NCBI RefSeq assembly: GCF_039982415.1
Contig: NZ_JBDWYL010000006.1
Span: forward strand, 461,613-525,612
Direction: 5' to 3'
DNA from: Parasphingorhabdus sp.
GTDB taxonomy: Bacteria > Pseudomonadota > Alphaproteobacteria > Sphingomonadales > Sphingomonadaceae
Length of the DNA: 64,000 bases
The notes under the pieces were generated by a model. The model was given only the letters and a program-made list of their open reading frames with translations, had not been told where the DNA came from and made no database searches. Position numbers and translations under genes: made by a program. Each line of letters opens with the position of its first letter. Position 1 is the stretch's first letter. Of the stretch, positions 49,429 through 57,763 are shown piece by piece.

Positions 49429-50240
49429 AGTCCGTTCCTTATGCCGAAGTGATTGGCGACCCAATCGCGCATAGCAAATCGCCGCTTATTCATCAGTTTT
49501 GGTTGGAAAAATTGGGAATAGATGCAGATTATCAGATGTTTCACGTGAAACCGGATCAATTGCAATCCTATATTGCAGAGCGGAAAAAAGATCCTCTGTG
49601 GCGCGGTTGCAATGTTACGCTTCCCCACAAATTGGCGGTTATGGATCATGTTTCCGATCCCGGTGATGTCAAAGGGTCAATTGGCGCAATGAATACTATT
49701 GCCCGTGACGAACGCGGACATTTATTTGGTACCAATACAGATGCCGGCGGGTTTTTCGCGCCGCTGGCCGATATTCCTCTGGCTGGCGAAGAGATTATAG
49801 TTGTCGGTGCTGGCGGTGCTGCCCAAGCGGTTCTTTTTGCGCTGTCGCGAATTGATGTGGGTGCGGTGACCATGATCAACCGTAATGTTCTAAAAGCCTC
49901 TGCTTTGCTTGCCCGATTTGGATTAAAGGGCCAGGCTTTGGGTTATGAGGCGGCTTTGCCGCCAGCGAAACTGCTGGTAAATGCCAGTCCGCTGGGGATG
50001 GCAGGACAAGAAGATCTAATCCTCGATCTCGATAATCTGCCGGCAGACACTATTGTTTACGATCTGGTCTATGTGCCGCTCAAGACAAAATTGCTCAAAG
50101 CCGCAAAAGCACGGGGGCTGGAGACAATTGATGGGATGACCATGCTAATCGGTCAAGCCGCTGTCGCGTTCGAAATTTTTTTCGGACAAGCGCCGCCGCT
50201 GGAATATGATGACGAACTCCGAAAGCGGCTTCAGGCATGA
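49425..50240 (+). CDS. aroE: Shikimate dehydrogenase
   Basis: GDPIAHSKSP, NVTLPHK, GAMNT, NTDAGG, GAGGAA. Confidence 0.95.
   Translation: MKSVPYAEVIGDPIAHSKSPLIHQFWLEKLGIDADYQMFHVKPDQLQSYIAERKKDPLWRGCNVTLPHKLAVMDHVSDPGDVKGSIGAMNTIARDERGHLFGTNTDAGGFFAPLADIPLAGEEIIVVGAGGAAQAVLFALSRIDVGAVTMINRNVLKASALLARFGLKGQALGYEAALPPAKLLVNASPLGMAGQEDLILDLDNLPADTIVYDLVYVPLKTKLLKAAKARGLETIDGMTMLIGQAAVAFEIFFGQAPPLEYDDELRKRLQA
49537..49552. other. parS site TGTTTCACGTGAAACC (inside aroE)
   Basis: 15/16 match to the parS palindrome. Confidence 0.8.
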
Positions 50241-50836
50241 CCGGTCCATTGATTATCGGGCTCACGGGTTCCATCGGAATGGGCAAATCCACTGTCGCTG
50301 AGATGTTTGCCAGCGAAGGCATTCCGGTCTTTGACGCTGATGCTGCAGTGCATCTCTTGCAAGGACCTGGCGGAGCGCTTGTCGAGAAAATCGAAGCGCT
50401 GTTTCCTGGTACAACCAGCGAAAATGGAGTTGATCGACAAAAACTCGGCCCGGCTGTGTTGGGCAATCCAGATGCATTGAGACAATTAGAGGCGCTTATT
50501 CATCCGGCGGTCGGAGAAATGCGTTTGCAATTTCTAAAAGAGCAGGAAAAGGCGCAAATTGTGCTTTTCGATATACCCCTGTTATTTGAAAAAACCGGTG
50601 CTGCCGGTGTCGACCAGATTGTCGTCGTTTCGGCTCAGGCCCAAGACCAACGGGACCGAGTTTTGGCTCGCCCCGGCATGACTGCCGAAAAGTTCGAAAC
50701 CATAAAAGCGCTGCAAATGCCCGATGCAGAAAAGCGCAAACGGGCTGATTTTGTGATCAATACATCCCAGTCTATCGATGAAACACGTCAAGAGGTGCAA
50801 AATACTATTGAAAAATTGAAAGCTTCCCTTGCGTAA
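50237..50836 (+). CDS. coaE: Dephospho-CoA kinase
   Basis: GLTGSIGMGKST, LEALIHP, DIPLLFE. Confidence 0.96.
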   Translation: MTGPLIIGLTGSIGMGKSTVAEMFASEGIPVFDADAAVHLLQGPGGALVEKIEALFPGTTSENGVDRQKLGPAVLGNPDALRQLEALIHPAVGEMRLQFLKEQEKAQIVLFDIPLLFEKTGAAGVDQIVVVSAQAQDQRDRVLARPGMTAEKFETIKALQMPDAEKRKRADFVINTSQSIDETRQEVQNTIEKLKASLA

Positions 50837-50863
50837 CCGGAAATTGAGTCCGATATTGGGGTT

Positions 50864-51562
50864 ATGCGAGAGATAATTTTCGACACAGAAACCACCGGCT
50901 TTGACCCTGAAACTGGCGACCGGATGGTTGAAATTGGCTGTATTGAAATGATCGACCGGATTGAAACCGGAAATAGCTTCCATTGCTATTATAATCCGCA
51001 ACGTCCCATGCCCAAAGCCGCCGAAGAAGTGCATGGCCTGTCCGATATATTTCTATCCGACAAAAAATTATTTGCCGATGGCGCGGATGAATTGCTGGAA
51101 TTTCTCGGAGACGCCAATTTGGTAGCGCATAACGCGCAATTTGATTTCAATTTTTTAAATGCGGAATTGCGCTTATGCGGCAAGACACTGATTTCCCAAT
51201 TTCGCATGGTGGACACTTTAGCAATTGCGAAAGTCAAACATCCGGGCGCAAAACTTTCTTTGGATGCTTTGTGTAGCCGCTACGGGATTGATCGCAGCCA
51301 CCGCGTCAAGCACGGGGCTTTGCTCGATGCAGAATTGCTGACTCAACTCTATATTGAGCTGACGGGCGGCCGCCAAATTGGCCTTGGTTTGGCCGACGAA
51401 AAGAAACCGGCCGTAGAGGAAAAACGCCAAGCCTCTGGAAAAGAAGCCGCTTTGCGTCGGTCATTTGTTGCGCCGCGGCCGCATAGCGCCTCGGCTGACG
51501 AGCTTGCGCGTCATGCGGAATTTATGGAAGGTATAGAAGATCCGGTCTGGGCCAAGATCTGA
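50864..51562 (+). CDS. dnaQ: DNA polymerase III epsilon subunit
   Basis: FDTETTG, VAHNAQFD, HGALLDAELL (DEDDh). Confidence 0.97.
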   Translation: MREIIFDTETTGFDPETGDRMVEIGCIEMIDRIETGNSFHCYYNPQRPMPKAAEEVHGLSDIFLSDKKLFADGADELLEFLGDANLVAHNAQFDFNFLNAELRLCGKTLISQFRMVDTLAIAKVKHPGAKLSLDALCSRYGIDRSHRVKHGALLDAELLTQLYIELTGGRQIGLGLADEKKPAVEEKRQASGKEAALRRSFVAPRPHSASADELARHAEFMEGIEDPVWAKI

Positions 51563-51623
51563 AAAATACGACCGCACTGCTGGGAATGATTAAAATATCG
51601 CGTAACCATGATGGAGAAAAAAT

Positions 51624-52196
51624 ATGGAAATTCGGGTTTCAGGACATCAAGTGGATACCGGCGATGCGCTTCAAGGTCATGTCGATGATCGCATGAATGC
51701 GATAGCGGACAAATATTTTCCGAAGGCGATTTCGACTCATGCGACCTTTGGCAAGGCCCCGCATAATCATTTTCAGTGCGATATTGTGTCGCATATCATG
51801 ACCGGTTTGATGTTGAAATCAGAAGCACAGGCCGGGGATGCCCATCAGGCCTTTGAACAAGCGGCTGACAAGATAGAAAAACAGCTTCGCCGCTATATGC
51901 GCCGATTGAACGATCACCATGTGCAGGCGCAATATGCTGCAAAACAGGAAGAAGCGGCTTATCGGGTGTTCGATTCGGCAGATGAGGAAGAAGAAGTCGA
52001 AGTCGCGTCCGATTCGCCTCCGATTATTGCCGAAACCAGCACAGATATCCCGGAAGCCAGTGTTTCCAATGCGGTGATGATGATGGATTTGCGTAATACC
52101 AGCGCCCTATTGTTCAAAAATGCTGGAACTGGATCGCATAATATGGTTTACCGCCGCTCGGACGGGACTATCGGCTGGGTTGAACCCCAAAAATAG
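51624..52196 (+). CDS. hpf: Long ribosome hibernation promoting factor
   Basis: RVSGHQVDTG, DKIEKQLRRY, C-terminal VYRRSDGTIGWV. Confidence 0.92.
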   Translation: MEIRVSGHQVDTGDALQGHVDDRMNAIADKYFPKAISTHATFGKAPHNHFQCDIVSHIMTGLMLKSEAQAGDAHQAFEQAADKIEKQLRRYMRRLNDHHVQAQYAAKQEEAAYRVFDSADEEEEVEVASDSPPIIAETSTDIPEASVSNAVMMMDLRNTSALLFKNAGTGSHNMVYRRSDGTIGWVEPQK

Positions 52197-52340
52197 CGTT
52201 CCGTTCATATATTGAGTCCCCCGCTCCGTCTGTAATATTGACGACTATAAATTTGTGATCAATCGCATCGCGTGCCGGCCTTCGGTCTGCAATGATGTTT
52301 TGCGTAGTTAAAATTCAGGCCGGGAGCCTGAGAGGTAGAA

Positions 52341-52808
52341 ATGGAATATTTGTCAGTTCACATTGATCCAGCCGCCATCGAGGCGAGCGCTGATCTTCTT
52401 TCAAAGCCGCAAATTTTTGAATTGCTCGCCAAAAAAGCTGCGCAATCTTATGATTTGGATGAGCATGTGGTGCGCGAGCGGCTTCACGACCGCGAATCCC
52501 TCGGTTCAACGGGTTTTGGCGGATCAGTTGCCATTCCGCATGCCCGAATCAAGCAATTGAACCAATGTGTAGGATTGTTCGTTCGTCTGGCTCAGCCGAT
52601 TGGCTTTGACGCGCATGACGGACAAGATGTCGATATGGTCTTTGGACTGTTGTCGCCCGAACATGGCAGCGCTGATCATTTGAAAGCATTGGCTGAAATC
52701 TCCCGCTTTTTGCGTGACGATTCGGTCATTTCCAAATTGCGCGGTGCCGCATCTGAAGATGCTTTATATGTGTTGTTGACGGGGCAGCAGGATCAACAAG
52801 CGGCTTGA
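52341..52808 (+). CDS. ptsN: PTS EIIA(Ntr)
   Basis: RESLGSTGFG, VAIPHAR (phospho-His), HLKALA. Confidence 0.92.
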   Translation: MEYLSVHIDPAAIEASADLLSKPQIFELLAKKAAQSYDLDEHVVRERLHDRESLGSTGFGGSVAIPHARIKQLNQCVGLFVRLAQPIGFDAHDGQDVDMVFGLLSPEHGSADHLKALAEISRFLRDDSVISKLRGAASEDALYVLLTGQQDQQAA

Positions 52809-53305
52809 TAATGGCTGAACAGACGCCCCCCGACCAACAATCCGATGGGTCGCTCGAACATTTTCATGCTCTTGAGCGCTTGTATAAACAGGCGCCGATT
52901 AATCAGCTGTTCGAATCTGATCTGGAAATAACAGAACGCGGCTTGGCCCGGATCACTTTTGCTGTGGATGAACGCCATTATCATGCGGCTGGGGCTGTGC
53001 ATGGCACGAGCTATTTTAAAATGCTCGATGATGCCGCCTTTTATGCAGCCAATAGTCTCGTGTCGGACCGGTTTTTGCTAACAACAGCCTTTAACGTGCT
53101 GTTCACGCGGCCTCTGAAATCCAGTACGGTGACGGCAGAAGGGCGCTGGGTTAGCGGAAAAAGAAGAGTCTTTGTTGCTGATTCCCGCCTGATTGATGCA
53201 GAAGGCGAAGAAATAGCCCGGGGAACCGGAACGTTCATGCGATCCCATATTCCTTTGTCCTCATTGCCTGGATATATTCAGGACGAGCACCCCTCTAAAT
53301 CATGA
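52805..53305 (+). CDS. PaaI-family hotdog thioesterase
   Basis: HAAGAVHG, KMLDDAAF. Confidence 0.85.
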   Translation: MIMAEQTPPDQQSDGSLEHFHALERLYKQAPINQLFESDLEITERGLARITFAVDERHYHAAGAVHGTSYFKMLDDAAFYAANSLVSDRFLLTTAFNVLFTRPLKSSTVTAEGRWVSGKRRVFVADSRLIDAEGEEIARGTGTFMRSHIPLSSLPGYIQDEHPSKS

Positions 53306-53637
53306 CCTCACCGCGCCTGTCCGCTGAAATGATGGTGCAGTCATTGATGCGGAAAGTGAATCAGCAAGGCGGCTTTGCGACAGTTTTGCGCAAGGGTGAC
53401 CGAATCTCCGGTGCCATACTGATTATTTGCCTCGAAAGGGGGAAAGATCCGCGCGTTCTAGAGAAAATGCCGAGTTTGGATGGCCCCTCCAATTGGCAGA
53501 GAATATGGCCACAAGATACTGATAATAAAGAAGATTTAGAAAATTATTTGGGCCGCCGAAGCAGTTTTGACCCGGACTTGTGGTTAATTGAACTGGACAT
53601 CGCGGATGGGGAACGGCTCGTCGCTGAAATGACTTGA
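53302..53637 (+). CDS. DUF1491-family protein
   Basis: GGFATVLRKGDRISGAILI, FDPDLWLIE. Confidence 0.8.
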   Translation: MTSPRLSAEMMVQSLMRKVNQQGGFATVLRKGDRISGAILIICLERGKDPRVLEKMPSLDGPSNWQRIWPQDTDNKEDLENYLGRRSSFDPDLWLIELDIADGERLVAEMT

Positions 53638-53830
53638 ATTCGTTGACTTTGTTGCACTGCACCCTATTTCGCGAGCAACTTTGAAGCAAAGGTTGTTCCG
53701 AGGGATTGCCCAAATGGGCGCGGAATAAACATGCAGACGGAGGGAACAGGGATAGGCCGTTGGTTGGTTTTTAGGCTTATTTATATGGATTTGGTTCCAA
53801 ACTGAACTCACCGCATAAAATAACAGGTTT

Positions 53831-54532
53831 ATGAGCAAAATATTTAAAACTGCGAGCGTGCTCTCGCTCGCATTTTCAACGGCTGCAGCTCTTGCTGTCA
53901 CCGATGCGTCCTTTGCCCTAGAAGCAAATGACGAAACGCCAGAAGCGGAAATTATTGTTGATCCGCAAATGCTGAAATCAAATGAACAAGCCGCGCCCGT
54001 AGTTTTCGGAGAAAAGCAGGAAGTTGTTGCTGCAATTCCCGCCGACGTCATTGAAGCGGATCGGCTGGCTAATGAGCAACAGACGGCCGCTGAAAATGTA
54101 GATTTTACCGACAGTGGCGCGCGCTCTTTGCGGGAGCTGGTGAGCCAGCAATCGGTCAGCGGATCGCTCAGCAAAGAAATGCACTGTTTGGCAGGTACCG
54201 TCTATTTTGAATCCAAGGGTGAATCTCTGGCTGGCCAATTGGCCGTTGCCCGTGTGGTAATGGCACGCGCCGATTCTTCGCGCTTCCCCAACAGCATTTG
54301 CGGCGTCGTTTATCAGCGCAAACAATTTTCTTTCATTCGGGGCGGCAAAATGCCTCGGATTGATAAAGGGCATCGCCATTGGCGCAATGCTGTGGCTATT
54401 GCAAAAATCGCTATGAATGACGGCTGGAAAAGCCCAGTGGAAGGCGCTCTGTTTTTCCATGCGCGCTATGTTTCCCCCGGCTGGCGGCTAAAACGGATGG
54501 CGACGATCGATAATCATATTTTTTATCGCTAA
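53831..54532 (+). CDS. Cell wall hydrolase (SleB / Hydrolase_2)
   Basis: Signal peptide; CLAGTVYFESKGE, GQLAVA, CGVVYQ, QFSF, HIFYR. Confidence 0.9.
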   Translation: MSKIFKTASVLSLAFSTAAALAVTDASFALEANDETPEAEIIVDPQMLKSNEQAAPVVFGEKQEVVAAIPADVIEADRLANEQQTAAENVDFTDSGARSLRELVSQQSVSGSLSKEMHCLAGTVYFESKGESLAGQLAVARVVMARADSSRFPNSICGVVYQRKQFSFIRGGKMPRIDKGHRHWRNAVAIAKIAMNDGWKSPVEGALFFHARYVSPGWRLKRMATIDNHIFYR

Positions 54533-54551
54533 ACCTTTTCTGATATCTTTT

Positions 54552-54579
54552 ATAAAGGCTCCCAATTGGGGGCCTTTAT
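54552..54579. terminator. Hairpin, probable terminator after the cell wall hydrolase gene
   Basis: ATAAAGGCTCCC-AATT-GGGGGCCTTTAT. Confidence 0.6.
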
Positions 54580-54630
54580 TATGCCTGAAGCCGATCGGAC
54601 AAATGTCCCTTAATGATAAGTGTTTTCTTT

Positions 54631-54645
54631 GTTCCGCTTATGTTC
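54631..54645 (+). promoter_or_regulatory. Alphaproteobacterial LexA (SOS) box GTTC-N7-GTTC
   Basis: GTTC cgcttat GTTC, 12 nt upstream of the mmcB ATG. Confidence 0.85.
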
Positions 54646-54657
54646 TAATTTGACGGC

Positions 54658-55206
54658 ATGATAGAACAAAGCGATTCGCCCCCTTCCTCGATGCATCAAA
54701 GCATTGCATCTGATTCTCATGCGCGTGGTGAGGAGCAGCTATTGCCATTATCTGGCGCTGCGGCCGTGTCTCGCGGCATTGCCCGGCTCTTTTCACGCCA
54801 TGATATCATGGTTTTGTCGGAAGTGAGTTTACCCAATAAGCGGCGGGCGGATCTTATGGGGATCGATGCCAAAGGGCAGATTGTAATTGTCGAAATCAAA
54901 GTTGCCCGAAGTGACTTGCTCGGAGATAACAAATGGACCGAATATTTGGACTATTGTGACCGCTTTTATTGGGGTTTGCCAACCGAATTTGACGCCTCCC
55001 CATTGGATCGTCCCGATTTTCTGCCCGATCGCGCCGGCCTTATCATTGCGGATGCTTATGATGCAGAAATGGTCCGCCCGGCTGCAACCCATGCATTGGC
55101 TCCGGCACGCAGAAAAGCGGAAACAATGCGCTTGGCGCGCCGGGCTATGCAGCGCTTATCGGCGGCCAACGGCTGGACCGATCCAGCAGTGCAGGAATTT
55201 TACTGA
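54658..55206 (+). CDS. mmcB: MmcB-family DNA repair protein (PD-(D/E)xK fold)
   Basis: EVSLPNKRRAD, IVEIK, DNKWTEYLDYCDRFYW, IADAYDAE. Confidence 0.9.
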   Translation: MIEQSDSPPSSMHQSIASDSHARGEEQLLPLSGAAAVSRGIARLFSRHDIMVLSEVSLPNKRRADLMGIDAKGQIVIVEIKVARSDLLGDNKWTEYLDYCDRFYWGLPTEFDASPLDRPDFLPDRAGLIIADAYDAEMVRPAATHALAPARRKAETMRLARRAMQRLSAANGWTDPAVQEFY

Positions 55207-55220
55207 TACGAGCGGCGGCC

Positions 55221-55877
55221 TTAACCTTGTGGTCCGAAAAAACGACCCGTGGACTTTGTTTTTTCCTCACCATCATTTTTTTCAATTTCGGCCAAAATCG
55301 ACGCCGCCCGCCGATCGCGTGTGGCATAGTCACGGGCAGACAAGCCGGCCAGTGTATCGGTTAAATCGGCATCGGCACCGTTTTTCAACAAGAGCCGCAC
55401 CATTTCCGAATCGCGCAATTGCACGGCCCGGATTAAAGCGGTTTCGCCGCGATTATTGGCCAGATTAACATCGGCTTTCTTGGCGAGTAAAATTCTCGCG
55501 CCTTCCACAAATCTCAGGCGCGTAGCGAGCATTAGCGGAGCCGTCCCGCTTTTGTCGCGCAAATTGGGGTTGGCCCCTTTTTGCAAGAGAAATGTTGTCC
55601 ATGTCGCATCACGGCGGGCGACGACGATATGCAAAGCGGTTTCACCCGAGGTAACATCTCGGGTGTTGACGATGACCGTCCCGGGTTGGTTGAGAAATTT
55701 TGTGGCTTCCGTACCGTCGCGATCTTTAACGGCTTGGAGAAAATTATAGCTGGCAGAAAATTGGGCATGAACGGCCCCGGGAAGGGCGAGCGAAAAGATC
55801 AGGCAGATCGTCCACAGTAGACGCGACACAGTCCCGTTCGCGCTTTTCGTCACAATATTCTTGTTGCCCCAAATCAT
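55221..55877 (-). CDS. Secreted ankyrin-repeat protein
   Basis: Signal peptide (VHA); repeats GETALH, GTAPLM, GETALI. Confidence 0.88.
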   Translation of the reverse strand: MIWGNKNIVTKSANGTVSRLLWTICLIFSLALPGAVHAQFSASYNFLQAVKDRDGTEATKFLNQPGTVIVNTRDVTSGETALHIVVARRDATWTTFLLQKGANPNLRDKSGTAPLMLATRLRFVEGARILLAKKADVNLANNRGETALIRAVQLRDSEMVRLLLKNGADADLTDTLAGLSARDYATRDRRAASILAEIEKNDGEEKTKSTGRFFGPQG

Positions 55878-55967
55878 CTATTGCCGCCCTAACTTTATTT
55901 GAGGATATATTCTGTTCTGCCGATCAAAACTCTCAAAAATCGGTTGAATATTATCCTGTAGCAGACC

Positions 55968-56585
55968 ATGTCTGGCCGCATGATGAACAAATTACTATTG
56001 GTTTTCTTCGGGACGCTTTTACTCTCGCTTTTGTCTGGCTGCAACCTTGCTTCTCCCGTCGAAGAAAGCGCAGAACCGCCATTGGCTGGCGCCAAAATTG
56101 GCGGGACATTCACATTGACCAATCAAGATGGCGGCAAAACCTCTGATTCAGATTTTACCGGCCAGTATCGAATCATCTATTTTGGTTTCACCTATTGCCC
56201 GGATGTTTGTCCGGTCGATTTGGCCAATTTGATGAATGGTCTAACCTTGGCAGAAAAAGCAAAACCGGAATTGGCAGAAAAGATTCAACCGCTGTTTATC
56301 TCACTCGATCCGGAGCGCGATGGACCGGAACAGCTAAAGCAATATGTCGATAATTTTCATCCACGCCTCATCGGCCTGACCGGAAGCCTGGATGACATTA
56401 CGGCGGTTGCCAAAAAATATTTGATCATATTCAACAAGCGTGAAAGTCCGGGATTTAGTGAATATCTCATCGATCATAGCCGGCAAGGCTACTTATTCGG
56501 TCCGGACGGAGAGCCGATCGCATTGCTTCCTTTTGATGGAACGGCTCAACAGGTTGCCGATGAAATCATGCGATGGACGACATAG
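55968..56585 (+). CDS. SCO1/SenC copper chaperone
   Basis: FGFTYCPDVCP (CxxxC), DPERD, YLIDHS; lipobox-like LSGC. Confidence 0.93.
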   Translation: MSGRMMNKLLLVFFGTLLLSLLSGCNLASPVEESAEPPLAGAKIGGTFTLTNQDGGKTSDSDFTGQYRIIYFGFTYCPDVCPVDLANLMNGLTLAEKAKPELAEKIQPLFISLDPERDGPEQLKQYVDNFHPRLIGLTGSLDDITAVAKKYLIIFNKRESPGFSEYLIDHSRQGYLFGPDGEPIALLPFDGTAQQVADEIMRWTT

Positions 56586-57019
56586 ACCGGAATAGTCCCT
56601 TTTGGGAGCAACCCCTGGAAACGCTCGATCGCGGCCAGTGGGAGGCGCTGTGTGACGGCTGCGGCAAATGCTGTTTGCTCAAGGCTGAAGACGAAGATGA
56701 TGGCGAAATTTACATGACCAATATCGCCTGCAAGCTGCTGGATATTAACAGCGCCCAATGCAGCGACTATCGCCGCCGCCGCTATTTTGTACCGGATTGC
56801 GTCAGGCTCACGCGGAGCAAATTGGAACAATTTTCTTGGCTTCCCGATAGCTGTGCCTATAAAATGCGGGCGCGCAATTTGCCATTACCCGATTGGCATT
56901 ATCTGGTCTCGGGGAATCGAGATACGATCCACGACACCGGCAATTCCATTCGCGGCAAGGTTATTACGGAGGTAGACGCTGGCCCTATTGAACAGCATAT
57001 TCTCGACACACCGCTCTGA
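56573..57019 (+). CDS. YcgN-family (UPF0260) cysteine-cluster protein
   Basis: WEALCDGCGKCC, WLPDSCAY, WHYLVSG. Confidence 0.9.
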   Translation: MDDIDRNSPFWEQPLETLDRGQWEALCDGCGKCCLLKAEDEDDGEIYMTNIACKLLDINSAQCSDYRRRRYFVPDCVRLTRSKLEQFSWLPDSCAYKMRARNLPLPDWHYLVSGNRDTIHDTGNSIRGKVITEVDAGPIEQHILDTPL

Positions 57020-57743
57020 CCAGAAAACGGACTCGCAAGCGCCATTGGAAATTGAGCTGGGAGATCGTTTCTATCCGCTGCGCATTCGCAAATTGGCACA
57101 AGCCCGGTCGATCGCGGTCTCCGCGGATATTGTCAAAGGGGAAGTCTGTCTGACGATGCCGCGCTATGCGCCGACCGCCCAGGCGCTGCGTTTTGCCCAA
57201 TCCAAATCGCAATGGTTGGCGGCGCGCTTTGCTGAAGCCTTGCCGCCCATTCCTATAGTTCCTGGCGCAAAGCTGGCGTTTAAAGGGGAGCCTCATCGGG
57301 TCCATTGGTCTCCTGATTTCAGACGACAACCCGAACGCCGTGATCTTGAAATATGCGTTGGAGGACCAGAAGATCGCGTTGCCAGTCGCGTCTTAAGCTG
57401 GATGAAAGATCAGGCGCGCGAGGTCTATGCTGATGATCTGGCTTATTATTGTGCCCGGGCTGATCAGCCGCTTCCCACGCTTTCCATTGGTGATGCGAGA
57501 CGCCGTTGGGGCAGTTGTTCGGGCCGCAAATCGATCCGGCTAAACTGGCGGTTGATCATGGCGCCGCCGATGGTGCGGCGATCCGTTGTCGCCCATGAAG
57601 TGGCTCATCTTGAACATATGAATCACAGTCCGGATTTTTATGGCTATTTGGACGATATTTTCGATGGTGATCGGCATAAAGCCGACGATTGGCTCAAGCA
57701 ACATGGTGCGGCTCTGCATCTGGTGGGTGCAAGCCCCCGCTAA
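56988..57743 (+). CDS. M48/YgjP-like zinc metallopeptidase
   Basis: WGSCS, LNWRL, HEVAH zinc motif, HMNHS. Confidence 0.88.
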   Translation: MNSIFSTHRSDQKTDSQAPLEIELGDRFYPLRIRKLAQARSIAVSADIVKGEVCLTMPRYAPTAQALRFAQSKSQWLAARFAEALPPIPIVPGAKLAFKGEPHRVHWSPDFRRQPERRDLEICVGGPEDRVASRVLSWMKDQAREVYADDLAYYCARADQPLPTLSIGDARRRWGSCSGRKSIRLNWRLIMAPPMVRRSVVAHEVAHLEHMNHSPDFYGYLDDIFDGDRHKADDWLKQHGAALHLVGASPR

Positions 57744-57763
57744 ATTCCATCTTTGCTTTGGGT

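Noticed and set aside
52271-52291. GG-N10-GC as a sigma-54 promoter for ptsN
   Set aside because: Only the dinucleotides match; flanks diverge from TGGCAC-N5-TTGC.
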